The position numbers and the translations under genes were made by a program. The notes under the pieces are model-generated. The model ran no database searches, had not been told where the DNA came from, and saw only the letters and a list, made by a program, of their open reading frames with translations. A DNA stretch of 64,000 nucleotides, taken from contig JBBFKZ010000002.1 in NCBI GenBank assembly GCA_037481775.1, positions 86,453 to 150,452 on the forward strand, written 5' to 3'. Numbering within the stretch: position 1 is the first letter of the stretch; each line of letters starts with the position of its first letter. The DNA comes from Candidatus Bathyarchaeia archaeon. GTDB taxonomy: Archaea > Thermoproteota > Bathyarchaeia > Bathyarchaeales > Bathycorpusculaceae. Of the stretch, positions 19,354 through 28,768 are shown piece after piece.

Positions 19354-19693
19354 AAAAACAGGTTTGAACCTAACTTCCTCGAGGAGTTTAGACAATTTTC
19401 CTCGAGGAAAATCTCACAGAGAAACCGACACTAAAACAACTGTGGGCCTATACCTTCCCAAAATCTTAGTGGAAAAAGCTCGAAAACAAGGTTTAAATCT
19501 TTCAAAAATTCTCGAAGAAGCTTTATCTTCAATATTAAACTATATGGAAGCTCAAAACACCGAAAACGAAAGCTCTATATTTCTTAATCGACTTTCTTTT
19601 CAGAAAGAAAGTCGGGCCGGTAGTCTAGCTCGGTTAGGACATCTGCTTGACGTGCAGAAGGTCGCCGGTTCGAGTCCGGTCCGGCCCACCTAA
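19346..19693 (+). CDS. Int(N): N-terminal part of split integrase with RHH (CcdA-like) domain, reading through the tRNA
   Basis: TTVGLYLPKILVEKARKQGLNLSKILEEAL; then RAGSLARLGHLLDV in the same frame as int(C). Confidence 0.8.
   Translation: MSKKTGLNLTSSRSLDNFPRGKSHRETDTKTTVGLYLPKILVEKARKQGLNLSKILEEALSSILNYMEAQNTENESSIFLNRLSFQKESRAGSLARLGHLLDVQKVAGSSPVRPT
19614..19688 (+). tRNA. tRNA-Val(GAC) (contains attR)
   Basis: GGGCCGG/CCGGCCC acceptor stem; TCTGC-TT GAC GT-GCAGA anticodon arm; GTTCGAGT T-loop; discriminator A. Confidence 0.95.
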
Positions 19694-19980
19694 TTTTTTA
19701 ATTACTATGAAAACCAAAAGCAAATAAGAAAAGCTACAATAAAAAGTAAAGTTTCTGTTAGTAATGTCTAAGAAAAAACTTCATTTTTGTATCAAATTGA
19801 TTTTTAGAAATGGGTCAGCTTTTGTCTGTATTGAGCGGGGCATATTAGTAATTATGATTTAGCCGCGACCCGCTAGTTTAACGGATCATTTGCTTACTGA
19901 CTAAAACAAAATTTTAAAAGGATTCTGGTGGTGAACAATATTCAGCGCGGTAGTGCGCAAAATTAAGGAGAAAATGACAA

Positions 19981-22434
19981 ATGAGCTCTGAAAAGAAAGA
20001 AGCCTTGGTTGCTTTGACTCTGATGTTTGCTATGGCTTTTTCGCTTGTCACTTTGCCAATCGCTAATGCCGCCGATATCCCCACTTACGCCTTTCTTAGC
20101 GTAGCACCAAACCCCGTAGGCGTTGGACAAGGTGTCTCTGTCGTTTACTGGCTAGATAAAGTACCTCCAACAGCAAGCGGGCCGCTAGGCGACAGATGGC
20201 AAGGCTGGAAACTTGAAATCACAAAACCTGATGGAAAAATTGAAACGGTGAATCTCGGGCCCTCCGATGCCGCCGCATCAGGATACCTAAAATATACACC
20301 CGATCAAATCGGAACGTACTACTTTAAACTCACTTTTCCAGGTCAAAACATAACTGTAGGCAACACGGTGAACTACTACAAGCCGTCTGAAAGCTCAAAA
20401 GTTGCGTTAACAGTACAGGAAGAACAAGTAACACCAATACCCTACAATCCTCTACCGACGGAGTATTGGAGTAGGCCCATATATGCTGAAAATCATGGCT
20501 GGAACCAGTTAGTAAGCAACTGGTTAGCAGGCGGCTCCGCTGGCCCTCACGGACCACGAAGCTACGATTTGAACGGAAACTTTAACCCGTACGGCACAGC
20601 ACCAAATGCACCACACATTATGTGGACCAGAGAAATAGCTTTTGGAGGAATAGTCGGCGAAAAAACAGAAGACATCAACTATTTCCCAGGCGAAACCTAC
20701 GATCGCAAATTCCAACCACCAATAATAATGCACGGAAGGCTTTATTTCAACCAACGTTTAGGAGTCGCAAGTTGGCAGGGGCTCTACTGTATTGACTTAC
20801 AGACAGGCGAAGAAATATGGTTCAAGAATGGCACAACAGTAACTTTCGGACAGCTGCTTAACTGGCAAACACCCAACGTGCACGGCATCATCCCATTTCT
20901 CTGGAGTGTTTCTGGAACAACCTACAAAATGTATGATGCCTTTACTGGCGACTGGTTGCTTGACATCGCAAATGTCAGCTCGGGAACGATGCTTTATGGG
21001 CCGAGCGGTGAATTTCTTATATACAGGCTCGACGGCGCCACCAATACCTTAACGCTGTGGAACTCGTCCAAAGTTCTAGAGTCTTCTATGAGCGCTGTTT
21101 GGTACTTCAGACCTGTGGGTCCTGTTATTGATGGCAATAAGGGCTACGAGTGGAACATAACAGTTCCAGATATGCCAGGCGCCCAAAGTATACTAAGAAT
21201 CAAGGATGGCGTACTCTATGCAAGAGCAACGTACACTGACGGTCCACCAGGAGGAACAAAAGTGGGCGATGTGGCGTATGACATCAGCTTTGACAGTATC
21301 AAGAAGGGCTCCACAGGGAAATATCCTACTTCAATCAATAACCTGTGGGGACCTGTAAACCGCACATTCGAGGGTAGCTTGCTTAACGGCTTCATAGATC
21401 GCGACATACTGCCAGTGTTTGTGAAAGAAACTATGGTCTGGTATGGCTTCAACGTTAGAACAGGCATGCAAGTTTGGGGACCTACAAAACCATACGAGAA
21501 CGCTTGGGGTGTTTATCAGCCATACGCCGACTGGCAATCCGCGTATGGCATCCTTTATGCAGCTGGTTACGATGGTACAATACATGCATATAACATCACA
21601 ACTGGCGAAAATATTTGGAATTTGTATACTGGCTCAAGTAGGCTAGAAACCGTCTATGGCCATTATGTGTTCAAAGATAGCGCCATGTCGATTTGTGATG
21701 GCAAACTCTATGCTGTAAATAACGAGCACTCGCCTTCTTCGCCTCTATACCGTGGTTCAAAGATGTACTGTATCGATGCTATTACGGGTCAGACGTTGTG
21801 GAACATTTCTTTCTGGGGCTTATTCCCGGTGATTGCTGATGGATATGCTGTTGCGTTTAACTACTATGATGGGCGCATCTATTGTTTCGGTAAAGGTGCG
21901 AGTAAGATGACAGTTGAGGCGCCATTAGTGGCCGTTACTCAGGGCCAAAATGTAGTTATCAGAGGAACAGTTACGGATGTTGCTTCAGGTGCAACTCAAA
22001 AAGAGCAGGCAGCACGGTTCCCCAATGGTTTACCCTGTGTCTCTGACGAAAGCATGAGTGACTGGATGGAATACGTTTACATGCAGCAACCTAAGCCGGC
22101 GGACGTGAAAGGCGTTGAAGTCGTTGTCGAGGTGCTGGATCCAAACGGCAACTGTTACGAGGTTTCGAGAACGACGAGTGATGCAAGCGGCTTTTTCAAG
22201 GCGACGTTTGAGCCGCCTGTGCCCGGAGAGTACACTGTGATTGCCCGGTTTGCTGGTTCAGGGTCTTATTGGCCTTCGCATGCTGAAACCGCCATAGTAG
22301 TCGAGGATGCTCCGCCTGCTTCGCCTCAGCCTACGCCTGTGCCTCAGGCGCCGGTTGAAACCTACTTTGCTGTTTCCACGGTTGCTATCATCGTTGCGGT
22401 TGCTGTTGCTGTCGTGTTGCTTAGGAAGCGATAG
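19981..22434 (+). CDS. Secreted, C-terminally anchored PQQ-like beta-propeller protein (paralogue 2)
   Basis: Same architecture as 12325-14862; shared RFPNG..VxDE.MS.WM.YVY and VEVLDPNGN. Confidence 0.88.
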   Translation: MSSEKKEALVALTLMFAMAFSLVTLPIANAADIPTYAFLSVAPNPVGVGQGVSVVYWLDKVPPTASGPLGDRWQGWKLEITKPDGKIETVNLGPSDAAASGYLKYTPDQIGTYYFKLTFPGQNITVGNTVNYYKPSESSKVALTVQEEQVTPIPYNPLPTEYWSRPIYAENHGWNQLVSNWLAGGSAGPHGPRSYDLNGNFNPYGTAPNAPHIMWTREIAFGGIVGEKTEDINYFPGETYDRKFQPPIIMHGRLYFNQRLGVASWQGLYCIDLQTGEEIWFKNGTTVTFGQLLNWQTPNVHGIIPFLWSVSGTTYKMYDAFTGDWLLDIANVSSGTMLYGPSGEFLIYRLDGATNTLTLWNSSKVLESSMSAVWYFRPVGPVIDGNKGYEWNITVPDMPGAQSILRIKDGVLYARATYTDGPPGGTKVGDVAYDISFDSIKKGSTGKYPTSINNLWGPVNRTFEGSLLNGFIDRDILPVFVKETMVWYGFNVRTGMQVWGPTKPYENAWGVYQPYADWQSAYGILYAAGYDGTIHAYNITTGENIWNLYTGSSRLETVYGHYVFKDSAMSICDGKLYAVNNEHSPSSPLYRGSKMYCIDAITGQTLWNISFWGLFPVIADGYAVAFNYYDGRIYCFGKGASKMTVEAPLVAVTQGQNVVIRGTVTDVASGATQKEQAARFPNGLPCVSDESMSDWMEYVYMQQPKPADVKGVEVVVEVLDPNGNCYEVSRTTSDASGFFKATFEPPVPGEYTVIARFAGSGSYWPSHAETAIVVEDAPPASPQPTPVPQAPVETYFAVSTVAIIVAVAVAVVLLRKR

Positions 22435-23236
22435 TGGGCTTGGAGAGAGCGTGTCAGGCTTCATTTCCTCTTTTCTTTTTTTGTTGTTGTCAATAAATGG
22501 TGGGCTGGTGGGTTTTGGGTTTAAGGAGGCAGTTGCAGTTTGTCATCTTCTCTTCTCCTTTAAGCGAACGCCCAAAATCCCAGCAAACCAATGTTTATCA
22601 AATACCTAAGCGTATTTCTGATGGTTAAACTTCCAACTTTTGTTAACTGTGGAAGGCTTGTGCGCTTTGATCTGATTTTGATGTTAAGGTTTAGGCAAAA
22701 ACCGAGAGAAGCTACCGCCCTTAAGCCTACACTACTGTTTCGCTATGGCGAGTTGCTAAAATGTGCTTTACTTGAGTATCGTCAGTCAACCAAAGTTCGG
22801 TTGCCCTGAATAACAGAATCCCCTGAACCATTTTCATCCCGCTTGAGCGTTGCCAGCGATACTGGGGTTTTGGGCTGTGGCTTATTGTTTTCGGATTTTT
22901 TCTGCGGGCATTGGGATCATGTTTTGATTTTATTTATATCCTTCTACAGCTCTTCAATTAGGCGGTCGTGCTCAACTCTTCGCTTTATTGCCATCGTGCT
23001 TTCTGTCCGTCTTGGTATCTCTTGTTGCTATTTCAGCTTTTTTTAGAGGCTCTGCCCTGATTTGGTATTGGGCTGGCGTGTCAGGATTTTTGCTTAGGTA
23101 GTCCTTCTGACTCAACAGCCTTTTGAATTTGAACGCAGAAACAGCAAGCCATAGATTCCCCACTTATTTGCACTAACCCGTTCATGGGCTGTTATGTTTA
23201 CCGTAGACAAGTTTGGCTGCCCCCTTTTTCGGAACG

Positions 23237-24328
23237 CTATTTGGTGGACCGAGTGGCGGTTGTAGCCCAGACTCTGCATGTGCCTTCGCTACTGACCATG
23301 CAGGCGCCTACAGGCTTAGCGGGCGTGCACGCTTTCATGAACATGGGGCACTCGTCAGGCTTAATCTTGCCGATAATCACTAAGTGGCACTCGCAGCCAA
23401 GCAGAATATCTTTACCCTCTGCCACGTGAACATCAAACTTTTCTCGGGCATCATACGCCCTAAACTCGTCACGTAACATCAGCGCAGAGTTGGGCAGTCG
23501 CCCTATGCCGCGCCAGTTACCACCCGTAACTGTAAACGCCTGCGTCATCATCTGCAGCGCCCGCGGGTTACCTTCCCACTTTACCACGCGCGTGTACTCG
23601 TTCTCCAGCCGCGCTGCGCCTTCTACCCGTTGCTTCAGAAGCATGTAGATGCCCATCAAAACGTCAATAGGCTCAAAACCCGCTACTACCGTGGGCATGC
23701 GGTACACACGTGTAAAAAGCTCGTACGGCTTTAATCCGATTATGGCGCTGACATGGCCCGGCGCGATGAAACCGCTGATGTTTAGGTCGCCGACGCCCAG
23801 CAGCAGCTCCATGGCAGGCGGAATCAAACGGTGCGACACCAAAAAACTAACGTTTTCAGGCGGCTTACTGAGCACTTCGACTGCCGTGGCCGGCGCCGTG
23901 GTTTCAAAGCCCACCGCAAAAAACGTGAATTCCTTACTCTTCTCTCGCTTAGCCATCTCCACGGCGTCAGAGACGCTGTATACCACGCGGACGTCAGCGC
24001 CCGCTGCTTTTGCTTCCAGCAGGCTCATGTGACTGCCAGGTACACGCAAAACATCTCCGAAGCACGTTATGACCACGCCTTTCTGAGCCAGCTGCACTGC
24101 CTCATCTATCTCGGCTGCGGGTACTATGCAGACTGGACAGCCTGGTCCAGCGATGACCTCAACGTTCCATGGCAGAAGACTGCGCAGACCATAATGCGTT
24201 ATGGTCCACTCGTGGGTGCCGCAGACATGGCAGAACTTCACTTGCTCATCTTTCGGCGCTATCTCGCGAATTTTCTGTGCAATTTCTTTTGCCAATGCTG
24301 GATCGCGGAAACGGAGTTGTTCGCCCAT
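23237..24328 (-). CDS. hypD: Hydrogenase maturation protein HypD
   Basis: CGTHE, GPGCPVC, GFETT, PGHVS, GACMVSSEGTC. Confidence 0.96.
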   Translation of the reverse strand: MGEQLRFRDPALAKEIAQKIREIAPKDEQVKFCHVCGTHEWTITHYGLRSLLPWNVEVIAGPGCPVCIVPAAEIDEAVQLAQKGVVITCFGDVLRVPGSHMSLLEAKAAGADVRVVYSVSDAVEMAKREKSKEFTFFAVGFETTAPATAVEVLSKPPENVSFLVSHRLIPPAMELLLGVGDLNISGFIAPGHVSAIIGLKPYELFTRVYRMPTVVAGFEPIDVLMGIYMLLKQRVEGAARLENEYTRVVKWEGNPRALQMMTQAFTVTGGNWRGIGRLPNSALMLRDEFRAYDAREKFDVHVAEGKDILLGCECHLVIIGKIKPDECPMFMKACTPAKPVGACMVSSEGTCRVWATTATRSTK

Positions 24329-24346
24329 TTTTCTGTCAGCTGTCCC

Positions 24347-24571
24347 TTATTCTTTTTCAGCCGCGAGAATCTCTTTCCATAGCGCCAGGGTTTCCAGCGC
24401 GTCCTTTTCCTCTAATGTTTGGATGGCGTAGCCCGCGTGCACCAGGACATAGTCGCCTACTTTGGCGTCAACAAGAGTCACATTAACCTCTCGCAAAACG
24501 CCTTCGCCGAAGTCCACCTGTGCCTTGTCTCCGTCTACACGTATGACGCGTGCTGGAATCGCCAAACACAT
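24347..24571 (-). CDS. hypC: Hydrogenase chaperone HypC
   Basis: MCLAIPA; GDYVLVHAGYA. Confidence 0.96.
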   Translation of the reverse strand: MCLAIPARVIRVDGDKAQVDFGEGVLREVNVTLVDAKVGDYVLVHAGYAIQTLEEKDALETLALWKEILAAEKE

Positions 24572-24619
24572 GGCTTATCAGTATAACCCAAACGTAAAGG
24601 GCGATAAAAACTGTGTGGT

Positions 24620-26905
24620 CTAAAACCTGAAAAAGCCGCCTACAACTGCCTGGCCAAAAGAGACGCCGCCGTCGCCCGTGGGAATCGCCTCGTGAACAAG
24701 AAACTGCAGCCCTGCGGCTTCTACTGTCTGCCGCATGATCTCCGCAAGAATCTGGTTGTTTGCGGCGCCGCCTGAAAAACCAATCGCCTTAATCCCAGCT
24801 TCCTGCGCGTGTTCCACCGACATGGAAGCCAATCCACGCGCTAAATAGGCATGCGCCGAGTATGCTAGATCAGCCGTTGCCGCTTTTCCCACGTTTTCAA
24901 AAATGGCGTAAAGCATCTGCGTCGTGTCTAACACGTTACCCCTTATTATCGGCTTCAGCTGTAATGTGTCCCTTCCTTTGATGGCGGAGGATTCCAGCTT
25001 CATGGCTGGTTCTCCCTCATAAGTCCGCTCATAGCATATGCCTAAAACCGCAGCCACAGCATCTAGCACCCTACCGCAGCTGGTTGTCTCAGTCACGCCT
25101 ACGCCATGCCGTAGCTGCTGCAAAATAATTTTTGCCTCAGTTTCACCATGAGGCAAGCTTCCGCTATGCTCAAGCAGCCAGCGCTCTACATCCAACTTTT
25201 TACTTAGCATTGCCGCTGCCATGCGCATTGGATAATGTGTTGCCATGTCGCCGCCGACCAGCGGCTGGGGCTCCAGATGTGCAAGCCGCTTAAAATCTGC
25301 GGAGTCTCTAGTGCATAGTAGAATTTCTCCGCCCCATGCTCCGCCGTCAGCGCCATAGCCGTAGCCGTCGCAGACTACGCCGACAAGCGCGTCAACGGCG
25401 TGCTCCATCATTAGGGCTGCGACATGCGCGTGGTGATGCTGCACTTGGATTAAGCTCCAGCCCCTCTCTTCTGCAAGCTCCTGCGCTAAACGTGTGGTTA
25501 TGAATTTCGGATGCAAATCGCATGCTACCGCTTCCACTCGGCTGTTCGTGAGGCGGATAAGGTGGCCAGCGGCTTCTTGAAGAAAAGCTCGCGTTTCAAC
25601 GTTTTCCACGTCGCCGATGTGCTGGCTGATGAACGCCTTGTTTTCAAGCAGAATGCATGCTGTGTTGTTTAATTCTCCGCCCAAGCCTAAGACGCAGCGA
25701 CGCGCTTTTTCCTTCAGCAATATCGGCGCCGGCGCGTATCCTCTGCTTCTCCTAATAAACGATGGGCGTGTGCCGTGTACTCGTAGAACCGAGTCGTCGC
25801 AGCGATAGGCAATTTCACGGTTATGAAGCAGGAAATAGTCCACTGTGCCACCCAAGATGCGCAAGGCTTCTTCGTTGTCTTTCACGATGGGCTGGTTAGG
25901 CGGGTTAGCGCTTGTCATCACAAATGCCACGTCGTCCACGCGGTCAAACAGCATATAATGTAGCGCGGTGTATGGCAGCATGACGCCGATGTTGTGCAGG
26001 CCCGGTGCAACCAAAGGTGAGAGCGCATAGCTGTTTTTCTTGTTTAGCAGCACTATCGGCCGCGTATGGGAAGTAAGCAGTTCCTCCTCTTTCGAAGTTA
26101 CTTCGGCAAAAGACTTCACCGCCTCCAAGCTCCGCGCCATAATCGCAAAGGGCTTAGCTCTTCGATGCTTCGCTTTTCGAAGCCGCTGCAGCGGTTCATC
26201 CATGATTACGGATGCGGCAACGTGGAAGCCGCCGTAACCTTTTATTGCGAGTATTGATCCCTCGCTGAGCAGTCGTCCTGCTTCACGCACAGGGTCCTTG
26301 TGCTTAATGTGCTCGCCGCTGCTTGTTGTCAAGTACGCTTGTGGGCCACACTTGGGGCATGCAATGGTTTGCGCGTGAAAGCGCCTATTCAGCGGATCCA
26401 TGTACTCTCCTTGGCAGTAGCTGCACATATGGAACTCGTGCATGGTGGTGTTTTCCCTGTCATACGGCAACTGCTCAATGATTGTGAATCTTGGCCCGCA
26501 ATTAGTGCACGTAATGAAGAAGTAGTCATGACGTGGATTCTTCGGGTCTCTGAGTTCAGCGAGGCATTCGCTGCATATGGCGATGTCTGGCGGAATAACT
26601 GAGCCTGCCTGCTCTTTTTCATCTGAGCTGCTGTAAATTGTGAATTTCGTATATTCATTATTGCCATGTAGCTCTGTTGTCGTGATGTTGTGGATTTGGG
26701 CTAGTGGAGGCTTTTTCTCTTTTAAGTCGCGTAGAAAATTCTGGATGCTTTGCGTGTTGCCTTCAAGAAGGATTTCTACTCCTGCGTCGCCGCGGTTGCG
26801 CACGTAACCTGCCAAGCCGTTTTGCACCGCTATTCGATAGATGAAGGGGCGGAAACCGACGCCCTGAACAATGCCCGTAATGCTGATTTTAACGCGCAAT
26901 TGCAA
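24620..26905 (-). CDS. hypF: Carbamoyltransferase HypF
   Basis: GIVQGVGFRP, two Zn fingers, QHHHAH, GDGGVSFGQ. Confidence 0.96.
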   Translation of the reverse strand: MQLRVKISITGIVQGVGFRPFIYRIAVQNGLAGYVRNRGDAGVEILLEGNTQSIQNFLRDLKEKKPPLAQIHNITTTELHGNNEYTKFTIYSSSDEKEQAGSVIPPDIAICSECLAELRDPKNPRHDYFFITCTNCGPRFTIIEQLPYDRENTTMHEFHMCSYCQGEYMDPLNRRFHAQTIACPKCGPQAYLTTSSGEHIKHKDPVREAGRLLSEGSILAIKGYGGFHVAASVIMDEPLQRLRKAKHRRAKPFAIMARSLEAVKSFAEVTSKEEELLTSHTRPIVLLNKKNSYALSPLVAPGLHNIGVMLPYTALHYMLFDRVDDVAFVMTSANPPNQPIVKDNEEALRILGGTVDYFLLHNREIAYRCDDSVLRVHGTRPSFIRRSRGYAPAPILLKEKARRCVLGLGGELNNTACILLENKAFISQHIGDVENVETRAFLQEAAGHLIRLTNSRVEAVACDLHPKFITTRLAQELAEERGWSLIQVQHHHAHVAALMMEHAVDALVGVVCDGYGYGADGGAWGGEILLCTRDSADFKRLAHLEPQPLVGGDMATHYPMRMAAAMLSKKLDVERWLLEHSGSLPHGETEAKIILQQLRHGVGVTETTSCGRVLDAVAAVLGICYERTYEGEPAMKLESSAIKGRDTLQLKPIIRGNVLDTTQMLYAIFENVGKAATADLAYSAHAYLARGLASMSVEHAQEAGIKAIGFSGGAANNQILAEIMRQTVEAAGLQFLVHEAIPTGDGGVSFGQAVVGGFFRF

Positions 26906-27041
26906 GCCTTCTCTGATTCAGAAGGAATAAATTCTCTTATACATTTCTGCGTTCTAAACGATTTAATTTCATGCTCTAAACCATGTGGCCGCTACCTTTA
27001 CCCGCTGTATGCCCATTAAAGTAACAAGGTGATTGCTGCCT

Positions 27042-28709
27042 TCAGCTGCTTTTTGCCTTCTGCCTCTCTTCTTCCTGAAGCACTCTTCTAAGAACTTTTC
27101 CTGCTGGGCTGATTGGTAACTCTTTTCTGAATTCCACTTCGCGAATAATTTTGTAGGTCGCAACTTTCGCTTTGACAAACTCCATGATTTCTGCCTCGGA
27201 AGCTGTGGCGCCGTCTTTCAGCACTATGAACGCTTTCGGAATCTCACCTACCGTTGGGCTTGGCTTGCCGATGACGGCGCAGAGCTTCACGGCTGGATGC
27301 TCGTAAAGCACATCTTCCAGTTCGCGTGGGTACACGCTGTAATCCTTGTATTTGATGAGGTCTTTTTTGCGGTCAGTGATGTAGAAGTAGCCGTCTTCGT
27401 CCATCCGTGCAATGTCGCCTGTTAGGAGCCAGCCGCCGCGGAGAACAAGCGTCGTTTCTTCTGGCCTTTTCCAGTAGCCCTTCATTACCTGTGGTCCTTT
27501 TACGGCGAGTTCTCCTGTTTCGCCGGGTGCAAGCGTTTTTTCTCCTGTTTCTACATCAACTATTCGGGCATCTGTATCTGGCAATGGCAAGCCGATTGAG
27601 CCTACACGCACCGTACGCATAGTCATATCCACGGGGTTGCAGTGCGTGACGGGCGAAGCTTCGGTTAAGCCGTAGCCTTCCGCGAGGAAACCGCTTGTTA
27701 CTTCCATAAACCGTTTTTGAATTTGCGGCGGCAGCGGCGAGGCACCTGAAATGCAAACGCGAATGCTGGTTAAATTGTAGCTGCCAAGCATGGGATTAGT
27801 GAGCAGTAGCGAGTACATGGTGGGGACACCGCAGAAAACCGTGACCCTGTGTTGCTTAATGGCTTCCAAAGCTGCGGCGGGCTCAAATCGGGGCAGCAAC
27901 ACCGTTTTAGCGGCTAAGCTTATTGGCACGTTCATGCTTGTGGTCATGCCGTAAATGTGGAACAGCGGTAGCGCTGCAAGAAACGTGTCTTCTGCTGTGC
28001 CTTTTATCCATGTTGCAAAAGCAATAGCGTTTGAAACTAGGTTTAGATGGGTTAACATGGCGCCTTTAGCGGTGCCTGTGGTGCCGCCTGTGTACTGCAG
28101 CGCAGCCAAATCTTCCTCAGGGTTAATGTGCACTCTCGGTGGCTCAGCTGAGGTTTCTTCAAGCAAAATCTGGAAAGAGTGAACGTTTAGTGTCTCACAA
28201 TTTGTGCGGTGTGTATTTGCGGTTTTGTATGCGTATTCTTCCATGCTTGTGAGTATAACGTGTTTGAGCATGGTTTCTTTTCGGATATTGGTTAAGATTG
28301 GATAAAGCGTGTCAAAAGCAACTATAGTCTCTGCTTCTGCATCGTTCAGCTGATAAGCCACTTCGCGTTCTTTATGCAGAGGGCTGATGGCTGTTAAGAC
28401 TGCACCAGCTTTAAGAATACCGTAATAGGCTATTACAAACTGGGGAATGTTAGGAAGAAAAAGTGCAACTCGCTCGCCTTTTTCAATACCCAACTTTGAT
28501 AATGCCGCAGCGAACCGGCTTGAAAGCGAGTTTAACTCTGCATAGGTAATTTCTCTTTCGCAGTATGCAATGGCTGTTTTTGCAGGATAAGCCTTCGCTG
28601 CCCTTTCAAGAAGTTCATGCAGCGGCGTTTTCGGATACTCAATTTTTCTAGGAACATCCGACGGCCATGAGCCAAACCACAGTTTATTCTCACTCTGCAT
28701 GGCAAACAC
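27042..28709 (-). CDS. Long-chain fatty acid--CoA ligase
   Basis: YTGGTTGTAKG, EGYGLTE, TGD, DRKKD. Confidence 0.9.
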   Translation of the reverse strand: MFAMQSENKLWFGSWPSDVPRKIEYPKTPLHELLERAAKAYPAKTAIAYCEREITYAELNSLSSRFAAALSKLGIEKGERVALFLPNIPQFVIAYYGILKAGAVLTAISPLHKEREVAYQLNDAEAETIVAFDTLYPILTNIRKETMLKHVILTSMEEYAYKTANTHRTNCETLNVHSFQILLEETSAEPPRVHINPEEDLAALQYTGGTTGTAKGAMLTHLNLVSNAIAFATWIKGTAEDTFLAALPLFHIYGMTTSMNVPISLAAKTVLLPRFEPAAALEAIKQHRVTVFCGVPTMYSLLLTNPMLGSYNLTSIRVCISGASPLPPQIQKRFMEVTSGFLAEGYGLTEASPVTHCNPVDMTMRTVRVGSIGLPLPDTDARIVDVETGEKTLAPGETGELAVKGPQVMKGYWKRPEETTLVLRGGWLLTGDIARMDEDGYFYITDRKKDLIKYKDYSVYPRELEDVLYEHPAVKLCAVIGKPSPTVGEIPKAFIVLKDGATASEAEIMEFVKAKVATYKIIREVEFRKELPISPAGKVLRRVLQEEERQKAKSS

Positions 28710-28768
28710 AAACTTTCATAATTAAACTACAAAATTACGTAATAACGTTTATCCTAAGTCCCTACGCG

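Larger units (their letters stand above)
15115..19653. mobile_element. ~4.5-kb integrative element (plasmid/satellite-like) in tRNA-Val(GAC) with SSV1/pTN3-type split integrase
   Basis: Identical 41-bp direct repeats at 15115-15155 and 19613-19653; integrase halves read in the same frame through both; AT-richer than flanks. Confidence 0.92.

Noticed and set aside
22435-23236. 800-bp gap with several short ORFs
   Set aside because: No recognisable motifs, RBS pattern, repeats or RNA structure; cannot be supported.
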